Shown: in pieces, positions 48,783-61,947 of the stretch
How positions within the stretch are numbered: position 1 is the stretch's first letter
Layout: every line of letters starts with the position of its first letter
Assembly: GCA_030141605.1 (NCBI GenBank)
Contig: JAQGDQ010000227.1
Location: forward strand, 248,001 to 312,000
Source of the DNA: Tubiluchus corallicola
Taxonomy: Eukaryota > Animalia > Priapulida
Direction of reading: 5' to 3'
DNA length: 64,000 nucleotides
Notes under the pieces: generated by a model
Told to the model about the DNA's origin: nothing
The model's database searches: none
The model's input: only the letters and a program-made list of their open reading frames with translations
Translations under genes and position numbers: made by a program

Positions 48783-49849
48783 CTAGAGTAAAACAAATAA
48801 CAAGAAATACACTTAATGCATTTCAAACTATAAACAGAACGAAGTAATTCTGTTAGTAAACACTAGTTCTCCTAGTAAACACTAAGAGACACATAGAATA
48901 AGAAAAGAAATTAATAATAAAGCTCATAAATTTGCTTACAAAACTCTTCATGAAAATGCCATGCAGTCCTTGAAATCTAACAAAGCTATGTACGCATATA
49001 AACACGAAAACTGTCTGTCTATTAATGTATGTAATGTATTTTAATACACCCATAATTATTTGTTCATTAATTTAATTTAAACATAATTTTATTATGCGGT
49101 TTATACCAGAAAGTTTTTACAACTTATGCGTGGGCACTCCCCACTTAGTAAATTTAACAACTTTTAGTGGTAACACATAAATATATATATATATATATAT
49201 GTAAGTATCTACAAAGTTCTCATAGTTACTTGGTGTGAGTAAATACAATAACAAATGGTAAATAGTTCAGCCTGCGTACTAAACTTGTTTATCAGTAAAC
49301 AGTAAACATGCATGTTTGCTATATAGGGTATAGTACAAATCAATTACTCAATTCCAAGAATCATCATTTAAAACGTCTCGGTTCGGTTATAAACAACTGT
49401 ACACAATCAAATATTTTACGATTACCTACTGTCTGTTGTTATTTGTGCACGCCCACGTACGAGCCCCAAAATAGTTTCAGGTTAATGTCAGTTAGGTCAC
49501 TATACCACCCAAATGGCGGCCAAAATAACGCTTTTTAGAGACGCTTGCTACAGTCATACGTGGCGATAACCCAGGTTTACGATGAGCGTGAAAAAGTATT
49601 AGGGCAAAGTGAATTCAGACCATTCAGACCACTCCAATGTACTGACCAAAATTGTGTTCAAAATGGCATTTTAAGGACATTTAACTATGTATGAGCTGTC
49701 TTTTTAGAAATTTTAGGTAGTTGTGAGTTCGAATACAACATCCTCACTCTATTTGGATAACGACATCCAATATGGCAGCTTAAAAATGGATTCTAAAATA
49801 ACAAATACGGCATGGGAGAATTCAGCTAGTCACAACTAAAACATTAGCT

Positions 49850-50965
49850 CTACTAATTTCAAAACTCCTTATTTCTTCACTAAGCCAAACTCGGGATTTG
49901 GCAACCAAGGTTTTTACCGTAATTAATAAAGTAAGTGAATTTCGGAATATGATGCGACAGTGTGAGGGCCAACAAGTAGAAGAAGAAATCCATTTCTTGT
50001 TTTATTGCTCCTTCTACAACCGGTTAAGACAAACTTTTTATTCTGATATAACAAGCATCAATAGCAATTTTCTTTAACTTGAACAAAAATGAAAAGCTAA
50101 AATTCGCAATGGGAGTAACGACTGCGATATAACCAAAATAGTCACCCATCCAGGGATGAGAATGACAAATTGGAAAAAACTCTGAAACAGGCTGGGGGTT
50201 TGGGGGCCGCGTAGCCCCCATGGGGGTTAGAGGGGTCCAAGGCGAAGCCCCCTTGGAGCCAGCAACAAATTGCAATTTTGTGACCATAGGGAGCCTCTAA
50301 GTGGACTTAAAATATCAGTTACTTTGTTTCATGCATAATTTAAAATACCCAACTTTCAAGGATACATGATACCTAATTGTCTCAAAAATGCCTAAGTACT
50401 GGCCGCTCCTATAAGTATATAAAAACTGTCTGCAATTGACTCAAATAACTCCGCACAATTGATTCTATATTTTTATACATAGAGATATACACAGGGTTAC
50501 ACTGATGCATGTGGTGTAAACAAAGTGACGGCCTGCCAACTAGCGGCCAACTTGTGAAATAATGTATTGGGTCAGTAAAAATTTTGTCAACGAATTCACG
50601 CGATTTACAATAATGGTACTACTGGTTTTCCAAAAACTCAGAATCCTGCGTATCCGCGGAAAATTCTCATCCCTGCACCCATCACATTTTTAAGTGTTTT
50701 AAAAAGGAGTAAATAGTACTAACATGTAAATATTGATAATATTATTTATTATTTTTTTCATGATATGCTAACTATATCTGCGCTAAAATTATATATATAT
50801 ATATATACATGTATATATGCTATTTGTCATTTGCTATATATTTGCTATTTGTCACGAGTTTTTTGGCTCTATAGTTAATGTAATAGCTCTGTTTTGTACT
50901 TTTGTGTTTTCTTGTATGCATGTCATTGCAGTATATTGTATATGCCAATAATAAATTCAAAATTC
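49850..50965 (+). mobile_element. LINE 3' remnant interrupted by a hAT MITE
   Basis: Frame QVEEEIHFLFYCSFYNRLRQ resembles the C-terminal CCHC knuckle of LINE ORF2. The element ends near aataataaattcaaa. Confidence 0.55.
50151..50675. mobile_element. hAT-family MITE with a perfect target-site duplication
   Basis: 13-bp TIR cagggatgagaat / attctcatccctg and 8-bp TSD cacccatc on both sides. Confidence 0.93.
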
Positions 50966-50997
50966 TATATTTTGAAGCAAAACTCATAATTGCTCAC

Positions 50998-51176
50998 CTC
51001 GGAACGAGAAACAGATCTTCCGTACTGTGTCGATCTAGCAGAGAGCTCAGAATTTTCTGTACAATAACTCGAGTGGCTGTGTTATTACACAGTGTCATTC
51101 TGAGCAATGGATTCCATAGTTGAGGTGCAGAAGCATACGCTGAAGCTATAGTACTGTTCACATACTGTCTTGCAAC
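50998..51176 (-). CDS. EFR3: EFR3 coding exon
   Basis: tgtag|...|gtgagc, 179 nt. Encodes VARQYVNSTIASAYASAPQLWNPLLRMTLCNNTATRVIVQKILSSLLDRHSTEDLFLVP (LLDRH motif). Confidence 0.93.
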
Positions 51177-51378
51177 CTACACAAACGTTTAAAGGTCAAT
51201 TTTAACATAAATACCAGCTTTTCTTAATTAGAAGGGCCAACCGTTGGTTAAAATTCAACATTAATTTTACTAAAGTTAACAGCTTCCTTTTTAATCAAAT
51301 TGGGCCTCAAAGTTGCATTTCCCCCCAAAAACATTTTGTTCGGTTTCTCGTGAAACTTCATAAAATCGCAGGCTAAAC

Positions 51379-51850
51379 AAATGTGTTAGCAATGGGTTGC
51401 TTGGATACCGCGTCGTTTGTGCGATGTTGGATCTGTAAACAATGCTAAATGTGCTAGCAATGGTTTCCTTGGATACCGCGTCGTTTCTGCGACGCTGGAT
51501 TCGTAAACAATGCTAAATGTGCTAGCAAATGTTTCCTTGGATACCGCATCATTTCTGCAATGCTGAATTTGTAAATAATGCTAAATGTGCTAGCAACGGT
51601 TTCCTTGGATACCGCGTCGTTTCTGCAACGCTGAATTTGTAAACAATGCTAAATGTGCTAGCAACGGTTTCCTTGGATACCGCGTCGTTTCTGCAACGCT
51701 GAATTTGTAAACAATGCTAAATGTGCTAGCAACGGTTTCCTTGGATACCGCGTCGTTTCTGCAACGCTGAATTTGTAATGCTAAATGTGCTAGCAACGGT
51801 TTCCTTGGATACCGCATCGTTTCTGCGATGCTGAATTTGTAAACAATGCT
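51379..51850. repeat. 68-bp minisatellite (~7 copies)
   Basis: ctagcaacggtttccttggataccgcgtcgtttctgc repeated. Confidence 0.95.
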
Positions 51851-52041
51851 ACACAGCAAACTGCAACGTGATGATCAAAAGCAAACACTGCCGCAACTAA
51901 GGCGAGTATTTCGCTGGCGTCATCTAGCGAGCAAAACGCGCGAAATGAAGTTTAAAACTGTCTTCGAAAGTGACATTTCACATTTAATTCACATTTAATT
52001 TATTCTTATGCAAACCACCAAGAAAAAGTCAAAAGTATCAA

Positions 52042-53622
52042 AGTTTTAGAGCATTTTCACTCTAGAGCAATGTTAGTTTTAGAGCATTTTCACTCTGGAG
52101 CAATCTTAGTTTTAGAGCATTTTCACTCTGGAGCAATCTTAGTTTTAGAGCATTTTCACTCTAGAGCAATCTTAGTTTTAGAGCATTTTCACTCTAGAGC
52201 AATGTTAGTTTTAGAGCATTTTCACTTTAGAGCAATCTTAGTTTTAGAGCATTTTCACTCTAGAGCAATCTTAGTTTTAGAGCATTTTCACTCTGGAGCA
52301 ATATTAGTTTTAGAGCATTTTCACTTTAGAGCAATCTTAGTTTTAGAGCATTTTCACTCTACAGCAATGTTAGTTTTAGAGCATTTTCACTCTACAGCAA
52401 TGTTAGTTTTAGAGCATTTTCACTTTAGAGCAATGTTAGTTTTAGAGCATTTTCACTTTAGAACAATCTTAGTTTTAGAGCATTTTCACTCTAGAGCAAT
52501 CTTAGGTTTAGAGCATTTTCACTTTAGAGCAATCTTAGTTTTAGAGCATTTTCACTCTAGAGCAATCTTAGTTTTAGAGCATTTTCACTTTAGAGCAATC
52601 TTAGTTTTAGAGCATTTTCACTCTACAGCAATGTTAGTTTTAGAGCATTTTCACTCTACAGCAATGTTAGTTTTAGAGCATTTTCACTTTAGAGCAATCT
52701 TAGTTTTAGAGCATTTTCACTCTAGAGCAATCTTAGTTTTAGATTTTCTCTAGAGCATTATTTTGACATTTTCACTAGAGCAATCTTAGTTTTAGAGCAT
52801 TTTCACTCTAGAGCAATCTTACTTTTAGAGCATTTTCACTCTAGAGCAATCTTAATTTTAGAGCATTTTCACTCTACAGCAATGTTAGTTTTAGAGCATT
52901 TTCACTCTAGAGCAATGTTAGTTTTAGAGCATTTTCACTCTAGAGCAATGTTAGTTTTAGAGCATTTTCACTCTACAGCAATGTTAGTTTTAGAGCATTT
53001 TCACTCTACAGCAATGTTAGTTTTAGAGCATTTTCACTTTAGAGCAATGTTAGTTTTAGAGCATTTTCACTCTAGAGCAATCTCAGTTTTAGAGCATTTT
53101 CACTCTAGAGCAATCTTACTTTTAGAGCATTTTCACTCTACAAGCAATGTTAGTTTTAGAGCATTTTCACTCTACAAGTAATGTTAGTTTTAGAGCATTT
53201 TCACTCTAGAGCAATGTTAGTTTTAGAGCATTTTCACTCTAGAGCAATGTTAGTTTTAGAGCATTTTCACTCTAGAGCAATCTTAGTTTTAGAGCATTTT
53301 CACTCTAGAGCAATCTTAGTTTTAGAGCATTTTCACTCTAGAGCAATCTTAGTTTTAGAGCATTTTCACTCTAGACCAATCTTAGTTTTAGAGCATTTTC
53401 GCTCTAGAGCAATCTTAGTTTTAGAGCATTTTTGCTCTAGAGCAATCTTAGTTTTAGAGCATTTTCACACTAGAGCAATCTTAGTTTTAGAGCATTTTCA
53501 CTCTAGAGCAATCTTAGTTTTAGAGCATTTTCACTCTAGAGCAATCTTAGTTTTACAGCATTTTCACTCTCGAGCAATCTTAGTTTTAGAGCATTTTCAA
53601 TCTGGAGCAATCTTAGTTTTAG
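52042..53622. repeat. 33-bp minisatellite (~47 copies)
   Basis: Unit agttttagagcattttcactctagagcaatctt. Source of the LVLEHFHSRAI pseudo-ORFs. Confidence 0.98.
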
Positions 53623-53824
53623 AAATTGGCTAATGCAGAAAATATCATCTATCCAGACCCAACACTCTGATACACTCTGGCCTCAAGTCTCTTCTACTTT
53701 TAAGGAGAAATTCCTGTTAAAAGATGAAATGACCTTAATTTGTCGGCTTGTCTTTCCTGGTATAGCAGCAGAACTCTCAGCTAGAGCTGTAGCAAGCAGA
53801 CATTGTGTGTACGATCACGCAAGT

Positions 53825-54063
53825 GTACACCAGACTAAGCTACTCAATAGGCTAAGTTGGGGTACCTGAAGTGCAAGTTTTTCTTAATTTCATCTAATTA
53901 AATCACTTATAAATGCTTAAACAAATAGCATGATTAGACAGCCGAGATTCTCCTGAATTGAATAGTACCTAATTTGTAATCATTTAGCTATGTCTGTGCT
54001 CATACAGTAGCAGAAAAGTCATGGATCTTGTAAGACCTATTTTTGCGGTCCTGAAGGAGTTAA
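53825..54063. mobile_element. Dispersed repeat (piggyBac-like end), paired with 60833-61077
   Basis: Two near-identical ~240-bp copies, both ending gaaggagttaa (TTAA). Confidence 0.6.
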
Positions 54064-54390
54064 TTTATGTCACAACAAGGCAAGGTATGTGTTTGCGCTT
54101 GAAGATTTTGGTAATGTAAACTGTATAGATATGAAATTACAGAATGTAGTCACAGAAAGCCAGCCAGCACTATGCTTCGCTTATTTACCTTATAGTACCT
54201 AATTTGTAATCATTTATGTTTGTGATCATACAGAAGCAGAAAAGATGTCTAATAAGAGCAATTTTGAAAGGTGCGGGTCTAATGAAGTTAATATTAACGA
54301 GAAAGCTTTGAAAATGGAAGAAGATTCGTCTTAGTTTACAGCACAATTTTCCATAAGATGATTTTTCATGTCACAAGTGTCAAATAATAC

Positions 54391-54542
54391 CTCGAGTAAT
54401 CCTTCCAGCGTAATCTGTTGAAGGCACAGATCATCATCACTCTTATCATCGATGACACCAGCATCAACACTGGGAACCTTTCCCATGATGAACATCATTA
54501 TATCAAGTTGCTGGTAGTTTGGAAGATTGCTAGCGAAAACAC
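54391..54542 (-). CDS. EFR3: EFR3 coding exon
   Basis: tgcag|...|gtatta, 152 nt. Encodes GVFASNLPNYQQLDIMMFIMGKVPSVDAGVIDDKSDDDLCLQQITLEGLLE (EFR3 NLPDYQ..IMMFIMGKVP motif). Confidence 0.96.
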
Positions 54543-54789
54543 CTGCAGAATAAAGTTAGATGCATTAATGTTGGCAGTGTGCCTAACTGCCCAAAACAAA
54601 AACTGTACATGCAGCCATTACAAAAAAGATTTCAAATACATCTATATAATTGTTCAGTAGTCAAAGTTAGAGCAAAACTGGACCCAATCTTAAACTGTAG
54701 GTCAAAACGATCTACTCTTTAAAATATTTAAAGGACCCATACTATTTTCCAAAAATGACTTATGTGAAGGAATTATTATCACACAAATC

Positions 54790-55190
54790 ATTGGTAATGA
54801 ACTGGCAAAAAACTGATAATGAACTGGCGATAAACTGGTAACGTACTGGCGATGAACTGGTAACGAACTGAAGATAAACTGGTAACAAACTGGCGATAAA
54901 CTGGTAACGTACTGGCGATAAACTGGTAACGAACTGGCGATAAACTGGTAATGAACTGGCGATAAACTGGTAACGAACTGGCGATAAATTGGTAACAAAC
55001 TGGCGATAAATTGGTAATGAACTGGCAATAAATTGATAAGGCACTGGCGTTAACTGGTAACGAACTGGGGATAAACTGGTAACGAACCGGAGATAAACTG
55101 GTAATGAACTGGTGATAAACTGATAATGAACCGGCGATAAACTGGTAATGGAACTGGCGATAAAATGGTCATGAACTGGCAATAAACTGA
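54790..55190. repeat. 22-bp (11-bp subunit) minisatellite
   Basis: Unit aactggcgataaactggtaacg. Confidence 0.95.
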
Positions 55191-55471
55191 ATATGCCAGC
55201 AAATTAGCGCTAGTAAATAATATACTACTAGCATATAATAATGATAATGATGATAATAAAGTAAATAAAAATAATAATTTAATGCTAGTAAAAAGAGATG
55301 CTAGCAAGTAATTCCAGAGCGCTCAAATTTTTACGTAGTAGCTATACGCAATGACATAGAAAAATACAGCTATCGGATGCACTGAATTTCGGGTTGAGCA
55401 GGCCTTGTCAGTCGTAGTTGTACCAAACTGCCCCCAAAGAAAGTAAAAGCAAAATTTCATTCCTTTGCAAT

Positions 55472-56000
55472 ATTAATGTACATACAGTAAATACAGTAAG
55501 CTAATGTAATTAATGTACATACAGTAAATACAGTAAACTAATGTAATTAATGTACATACAATAAATACAGTGAACTAATGTAATTAATGTACATACAGTA
55601 AACTAATGTAATTAATGTACATACAGTAAATACAGTAAACTAATGTAATTAATGTACATACAGTCAATACAGTAAAATAATGTAATTAATGTACATACAG
55701 TAAACTAATGTAATTAATGTACATACAGTAAATACAGCAAACGAATGTAATTAATGTACATACAGTAAATACAGTAAACTAATGTAATTAATGTACATAC
55801 ACTAAATACAGTAAATTAATGTAATTAATGTACATAGAGTAAATACAGTAAACTAATGTAATTAATGTACATACACTAAATACAGTAAATTAATGTAATT
55901 AATGTACATACAGTAAATACAGTAAACTAATGTAGTTAATGTACATACAGCAAACTAATGTAATTAATGTACATACCCAAAAAAGTAAATTAATGTAATC
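55472..56000. repeat. ~38-bp AT-rich minisatellite
   Basis: Unit aatgtaattaatgtacatacagtaaatacagtaaact. Confidence 0.95.
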
Positions 56001-56102
56001 TAACAATGACAAATGCCCACTAACTATGCGCCGTGAAAATTCGACCGAAACTGTTGCCAAACGGCAGAAACGGACCCAGGAAATCATTTCAAAATGTAGA
56101 AT

Positions 56103-56302
56103 TTGCTACGACAACAGTTCATACCTATCGTTGCTACGACAACAGTTCATACCTATCGTTGCTACGACAACAGTTCATACCTATCGTTGCTACGACAACA
56201 GTTCATACCTATCTTTGCTACGACAACAGTTCATACCTATCGTTGCTACGACAACAGTTCATACCTATCATTGCTACTATGACAACAGTTCATACCTATC
56301 GT
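56103..56302 (-). repeat. 28-bp minisatellite (7 copies) containing the EFR3 exon donor site
   Basis: Minus-strand unit gcaacgatag|gtatgaactgttgtcgta. The copy at 56296 is the real exon end. Confidence 0.95.
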
Positions 56303-56424
56303 GTTGATGATTTCCTTTTGAAAAAGCGTCTCATCCGCAGCTTCTACCGCATCTTCCAGTTGCCTAGAGACAGACTGTCGCAGCTGCTTCAACATTTGAT
56401 CAAAAACTTCCAAAATTGAAGGTC
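56296..56424 (-). CDS. EFR3: EFR3 coding exon
   Basis: aacag|...|gtatga, 129 nt. Encodes GPSILEVFDQMLKQLRQSVSRQLEDAVEAADETLFQKEIINTI(G). Confidence 0.95.
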
Positions 56425-56620
56425 CTGTTTAGAGAAAAGCACAAGAACTAAAAGTCACATTGAGATATATGGTAAAAAATTACACAGAATTATAAAGTGA
56501 TTTGAACAGCTATTATTGGCAATGTACGAAAGTGAACAAACTTCTACACTTACTTAAATATTGAATTACATACTCTCATACCATGGTACTGTAATTAGTT
56601 AATTATTACTTTCACTTTAA

Positions 56621-57290
56621 AGGACAAGAAAAGGGGCACCTGAAGTAGGTTTCAGAAAAATCGCCTTAAAAATTATATTACTTTACAGCAATTTTATGCA
56701 CATAACTTATTCGCGTTGAAAGGAATTTTCGGTTGTTTGCATTTTAAATCTCCCGCAATACTGTTCCGACGGCGCTATTACATGACATCACTAAAACGCG
56801 TAATTCAGGGGAAGAAAAGGAAATGTTAAATTATGACCCTAAAAACTTTCCGTGCAAATCTATACTACTTAGCATTTCATTTACCTGCTGTAAAGATTTA
56901 TGTAACTAAACTAATAATTTAAAATGTTTGTGCCAATTGGTAAAATGTTGCTGACTCATCCTCCAGGGTGCGTCACTCACTAGCCAAAAACGTATTTTAA
57001 ATCTTATTGACAAAATACACTAATTTGAAATTTTACTTAAGTAGCAACATGTATGCTACGAGTGCTCTGATTATTTTTTAAAACTTTACTCAATGTTATC
57101 AAAACTTGTTTCAAACGACCTACCATTAAAATGGCTGCGCCTAACGGTCATCACGGGAGTTTAAATTTACACGTTTTATACAGCGTTACGGCCGATGCAA
57201 GCCATGCATACGAAAAGGTAGTATGCAAGTGGTATAAAATTTCGAGATGAATTTTTTAAGCTTAATGTAAGGGGATGGTTTTCTTGTGCT
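56621..57290. mobile_element. Kolobok-like MITE
   Basis: TTAA|aggacaagaaaa...ttttcttgtgct|TTAA. Confidence 0.7.
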
Positions 57291-57370
57291 TTAACTCAAT
57301 AACTGTTAATCCATCAAAATGCTGTAAGCAAAAGTTACTAGCACAATGCTTAGCAAACTGCCCAACATAC

Positions 57371-57506
57371 CTACAGATCCCCCTGCAGCTATTGATACCG
57401 TCTCTTGTATCACTTGCACGATACCGACGCGTATTTTAGGTGCATCGGTGCTGTGCGCTTCCAAATGACTCAGCAGCATTTGAACAACGACGTACGAATA
57501 TTGTGC
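57371..57506 (-). CDS. EFR3: EFR3 coding exon
   Basis: tttag|...|gtatgt, 136 nt. Encodes AQYSYVVVQMLLSHLEAHSTDAPKIRVGIVQVIQETVSIAAGGSV(G). Confidence 0.96.
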
Positions 57507-57551
57507 CTAAACAAGTTAAATAGAGATAGAAAAATTACAATTGCACTTTAA

Positions 57552-58090
57552 AGGAAAACCGGACGATTGTGTAAACACGAGTTCAGAATAATGAATGCTC
57601 TAAAATATTGGAAACTACAATAGCTTATTTTTTAAATCAAAGCTTAGATTAAATAATAATTACCTCGGATACTCAAATTTTGTTAAACTTTCAAAGGCGG
57701 CTCAGTGAATCTACTAAGATTGGCAGCGGTGCCTTTTTGTCACATTCGCGTGGCCGACAAATAGAAAGTGGTACCATGATGACCATGATTATGAACTGCA
57801 GTGTTAGTTTCTGACGTCATATGATGTAGAGCTCATTTTCATGACATCATGCATTTAAGCAGTAACACATATGCAAACGTGCTTGATGCGCAAGGGAAGA
57901 TGCCTGCCGTTCCACAAACTGTGGTTAGTTTCTGACGTAAGCAATAGCTGTGTTCGGTTGCCGTTAATTAATTTTCTAAGCTAATTATTCAAATATAAGA
58001 AACAATTGACAACATTTATTCTCAAGAAAATGAATGTTTTGGACAGTAAATTAAAATGAGATTGAGTCTAAACAATCGTTTGGTCTTCCT
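57552..58090. mobile_element. Kolobok-like MITE
   Basis: TTAA|aggaaaaccggacgattg...caatcgtttggtcttcct|TTAA. A partial end copy lies at about 58605-58665. Confidence 0.75.
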
Positions 58091-59926
58091 TTAAGAAGAA
58101 GTTTCTAATCATTGTCTTGTCGCTGGTATTCGTAAACACCAGAGGGTGAAGTGGTTGCATTGTTTTGAGTAAATAGTCTAGTTAATTTGACCAAAATTTT
58201 ACTGGTAATATTGCTGCATCATTGCGTAAACTGCCCTTAATGTTATCATTTTTCAGTTGATACTTAAGAAGTTCGTTCAAACTTAGTCGTTACAGGTAGT
58301 TTGGAACGGGAAATCTATTTGATGTTCATCAAACTCTTAAGTTATTGCTTGATTAGTGCCCATATTACCATTTAAAATCTTTGAAAACACTGTCAAGCAT
58401 TGGGTTGTCTCTAGCAGTGACTTTAAACAGGTTAGCAGCAGGGATGTTAAGGAAACGAAATTTTTGTTCCAGTTTCCCGATAATTGCGCTACGGTTAAGT
58501 TTTGGTTTCCCTCAAAATTTATTAAATTTCGGATAATTTTGGGTAGCATTTTTCCTAGGTTTCCGTAATATTTATCCAATTTACCTTTTCTTTTCTCTTA
58601 GGTGTCAAAAACAATATTTTGGAGAGTAAATTAAAATGATATTGAGTCTAAACAATCGTCCGGTTTAATAGAAGAACCAAGAATAAATCTGACTGCAGGG
58701 CATGAAAAGGCAGTGTGGTTTGAAGATTAGTTAAGAATGTACGACGAGTAGCCTTCGTTTATAGTTATAAAAGTCACATTTTCTTGAATTTAGAGAAAAC
58801 AGTTTTCCTAATTTTGTAGCAAACTCGTACTGACACCAAACAATTTGCACACTAGCAACAATGGCTTATTCAAGTTTGATATATATACTTTGATAACAGC
58901 CAGAAAATTACAATATTCAAGGAGTGAGTTTAAGGTTTACTAGACTTTCTCAGAATTGCAAAAAATGTCATCAGTTGTGTGCCTGATCACAGTGGGGGAC
59001 AATCTAACAAGCCCCGCTTTTTTATTGCCCGCAACACATTTACATTTGTATATATAGCAAACCTAAACTATGGTATATCTAAACTAGTTATGTGCTGAAA
59101 GTAAACCGTATACGAGTTTACTAAGCAACATACAACAGCGATAATTCTCTTGTTTATCTTTCAACCCCACAGTGTTTTGAGAATCAAGTTAGTAGCGATA
59201 TCACTATCTTTGTTTACCATAGGTTGACCTATGTCTAAATCAGTTTAAATCATTTTTTCCAAAATTTGCTTCCTATTATGTATCTTACTGTTTGTTATTC
59301 ATTGAATTATTGATAACTTTTTGTTTCTTTTAATGTAATAGTTGCGTATTTGTGTTGATGTGAAATAAATAAACAAAAAAATAAAACAAGCCTGCCTAGC
59401 AAAAACATCCGGAAGTCGGCAGTTACGCTTTTTTAGTGATTCACACATCATGAATCACTATTTCATGAAGATCATTTTGCTAGCAAGTTCTAACCTGGAC
59501 TTTGCAAGACCCTACTACACTGAAATTACATTTAAGTCCAGTAGGGCCTTTCGGACGAACATCTAAGCTTGGTAACAGAAAAAACTGCATTGAAAAGAAG
59601 TGCAATGAGCTATTGTCGGAGTTTAAAAATACAAGTTTTCGATAAAAGCAATACTAGTTTTTATGCAAAGAAGTGGGTAAGGAGTTATAAAATTAAATTT
59701 TTCGCATCTTCTACACAATTTCATGATATTTTCCTGCTCGAACATAAAAGTTCAATTTATTTATCATTTGTTTTTGTGAAAAACAGAAACAATTGATTTA
59801 TGGCCTAATTAATTTTTGATGCGACTTTGAATCATAACGCAGTTATAAATACGCTGACTTGTAGACAATTTTCGCTTGCCAGTAAACAATTACATCCCCC
59901 ACGTGTGAGTAACTAGAAAAAATTAC

Positions 59927-60137
59927 CTGAACAGAATACGTAATTATTTTCAGCAGTTTCTTCGCAAAGTCATTAGGCGACCACAGTACATGCAGATCTA
60001 GGTGCCGGAGTACAGGTGCAAGAACAGACTTTATGTTACCAAATGCAGCTCGACACAGAAGGTCACGGAAGCAGGTTTCAGCTAATGTGGCTGGCTTCAC
60101 GTGGTGCTGTGAATCAGTTGAGATGATATCGGTGTCT
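59927..60137 (-). CDS. EFR3: EFR3 coding exon
   Basis: cttag|...|gtaatt, 211 nt. Encodes DTDIISTDSQHHVKPATLAETCFRDLLCRAAFGNIKSVLAPVLRHLDLHVLWSPNDFAKKLLKIITYSVQ. Confidence 0.96.
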
Positions 60138-60449
60138 CTAAGAAATAATTTCATGACATCATTTTAATCCGTTAAATACCAATAAAATGTAACTAGTCAA
60201 TTTAAAATCAGATGAAAAGATGGAGCAACGATCATTGAACAATTTAATTATAATGTTTCCTAGCTATACTCTTGCAAGTTGGTCTGTCTCACCGAGATGT
60301 AATTGTTCAAGTTAAAGGAAAAGAAATCGTAATTTTAAAATAGATAATAAAGAACATTCCAAGTTATGGTTACTGAGCATTAAATGAAAGGCCCTTCTTG
60401 CAGATCAATTAACACATTTTGCATGGGTTCATGAAAAACTTCTCTCACT

Positions 60450-60735
<286 letters not shown>

Positions 60736-61262
60736 GAGAAGAGGAATGACAGAAAGAGAGGGAGAGAAGATTAGGGAGACAGAGATGAGCAAGCAGGCAA
60801 TCAGTAAATTAGTGTGTACAATCACCACAAGTACACACCACACTAAGCTACTCAATAGGCTAAGTTGGGATACCTGCAGTGCATGTTTTTCTTAATTTCA
60901 TCTAATTAAATCACTTAGAAATGCTTAAACAAATAGCATGATTAGATAGCCGAGATTCTCCTGAATAGAACAGTGCATATTTTGCAATCATTTAGTTACA
61001 TCTGTTCTCACACAGCAGCAGAAAAATCATACGTCTTATAAGACCTATTTTGAACGCTGCAGTGCTGAAGGAGTTAAGAAGCTTGTTGCTTTAGTAATAA
61101 TTCTGAATTTAAATAAATATGTTTGTACAAAAAGAAACACGGGCTTGAATTGATAAAATAATTCTGTGGCATCACTAAGTGATAAATCTCGAAATTAAGT
61201 TAAAAAATTATTAATAAATTCAACTTCAATTAGTAATGACACTTAGAAACAAGAATACATAC

Positions 61263-61400
61263 GCTTCTTCATGCATATTAAACAACAACGAAGGAACAAT
61301 TTTGTCCATGTGGGAGATATCCCAGATGTTGACCTGTAAATCATCGGCAACAGTCTTCCGAACGACGCCCTGTAATCCCTTTATGCCTGCCAGCCGCACC
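61263..61400 (-). CDS. EFR3: EFR3 coding exon
   Basis: tttag|...|gtatgt, 138 nt, phase 2-2. Encodes VRLAGIKGLQGVVRKTVADDLQVNIWDISHMDKIVPSLLFNMHEE (EFR3 GVVRKTV and HMDKIVPSLLFNM motifs). Confidence 0.97.
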
Positions 61401-61947
61401 CTAAACAAACACGAAATTACAATGAAGTGAAATGGATAAAAATATAGTCAATAACTGCTTGCTTTGCTGTTTTTCGCGCTTAAAGCTAATCCACGATGTA
61501 ACACTCACGTGCTATTGTACAAGGAAGTGAAGCCACTCGTGTGCTATTGTACAATGTAGTGAAGCCACTCGTGTGCTATTGTACAATGAAGTGAAGCCAC
61601 TCGCGTGCTATTGTACAAGGAAGTGAAGCTCGCCTTTAATTAAATCACGAAAAACTATCATCTGTACATCTGGAAAAAAGTATTTTAATTTTGTATAAAT
61701 AAAGTCTCGAGGCCCCAAGAATTCAAGATTTATTTTATAGTAGGTGCCGCTTAATAGACTCAATCGCTTAATTGACTCAAAGACGCATGGCACGAACCGT
61801 TTATATTCAAATATACATAAAAACTAATTGACTGAAATAACTCAATATTTTGCCGTGACATCCTTTAAAATAAGACACTTGCATTTGCCCAAATAGCCTT
61901 TCCTAGTTTTATGTCATTTTTACTTCGCTTCTGTGCACTATAATATA

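Noticed and set aside
52070-53633. Long ORFs of LVLEHFHSRAI repeats (up to 227 aa)
   Set aside because: They are translations of a 33-bp intronic minisatellite, antisense to EFR3, with frameshifts between blocks.
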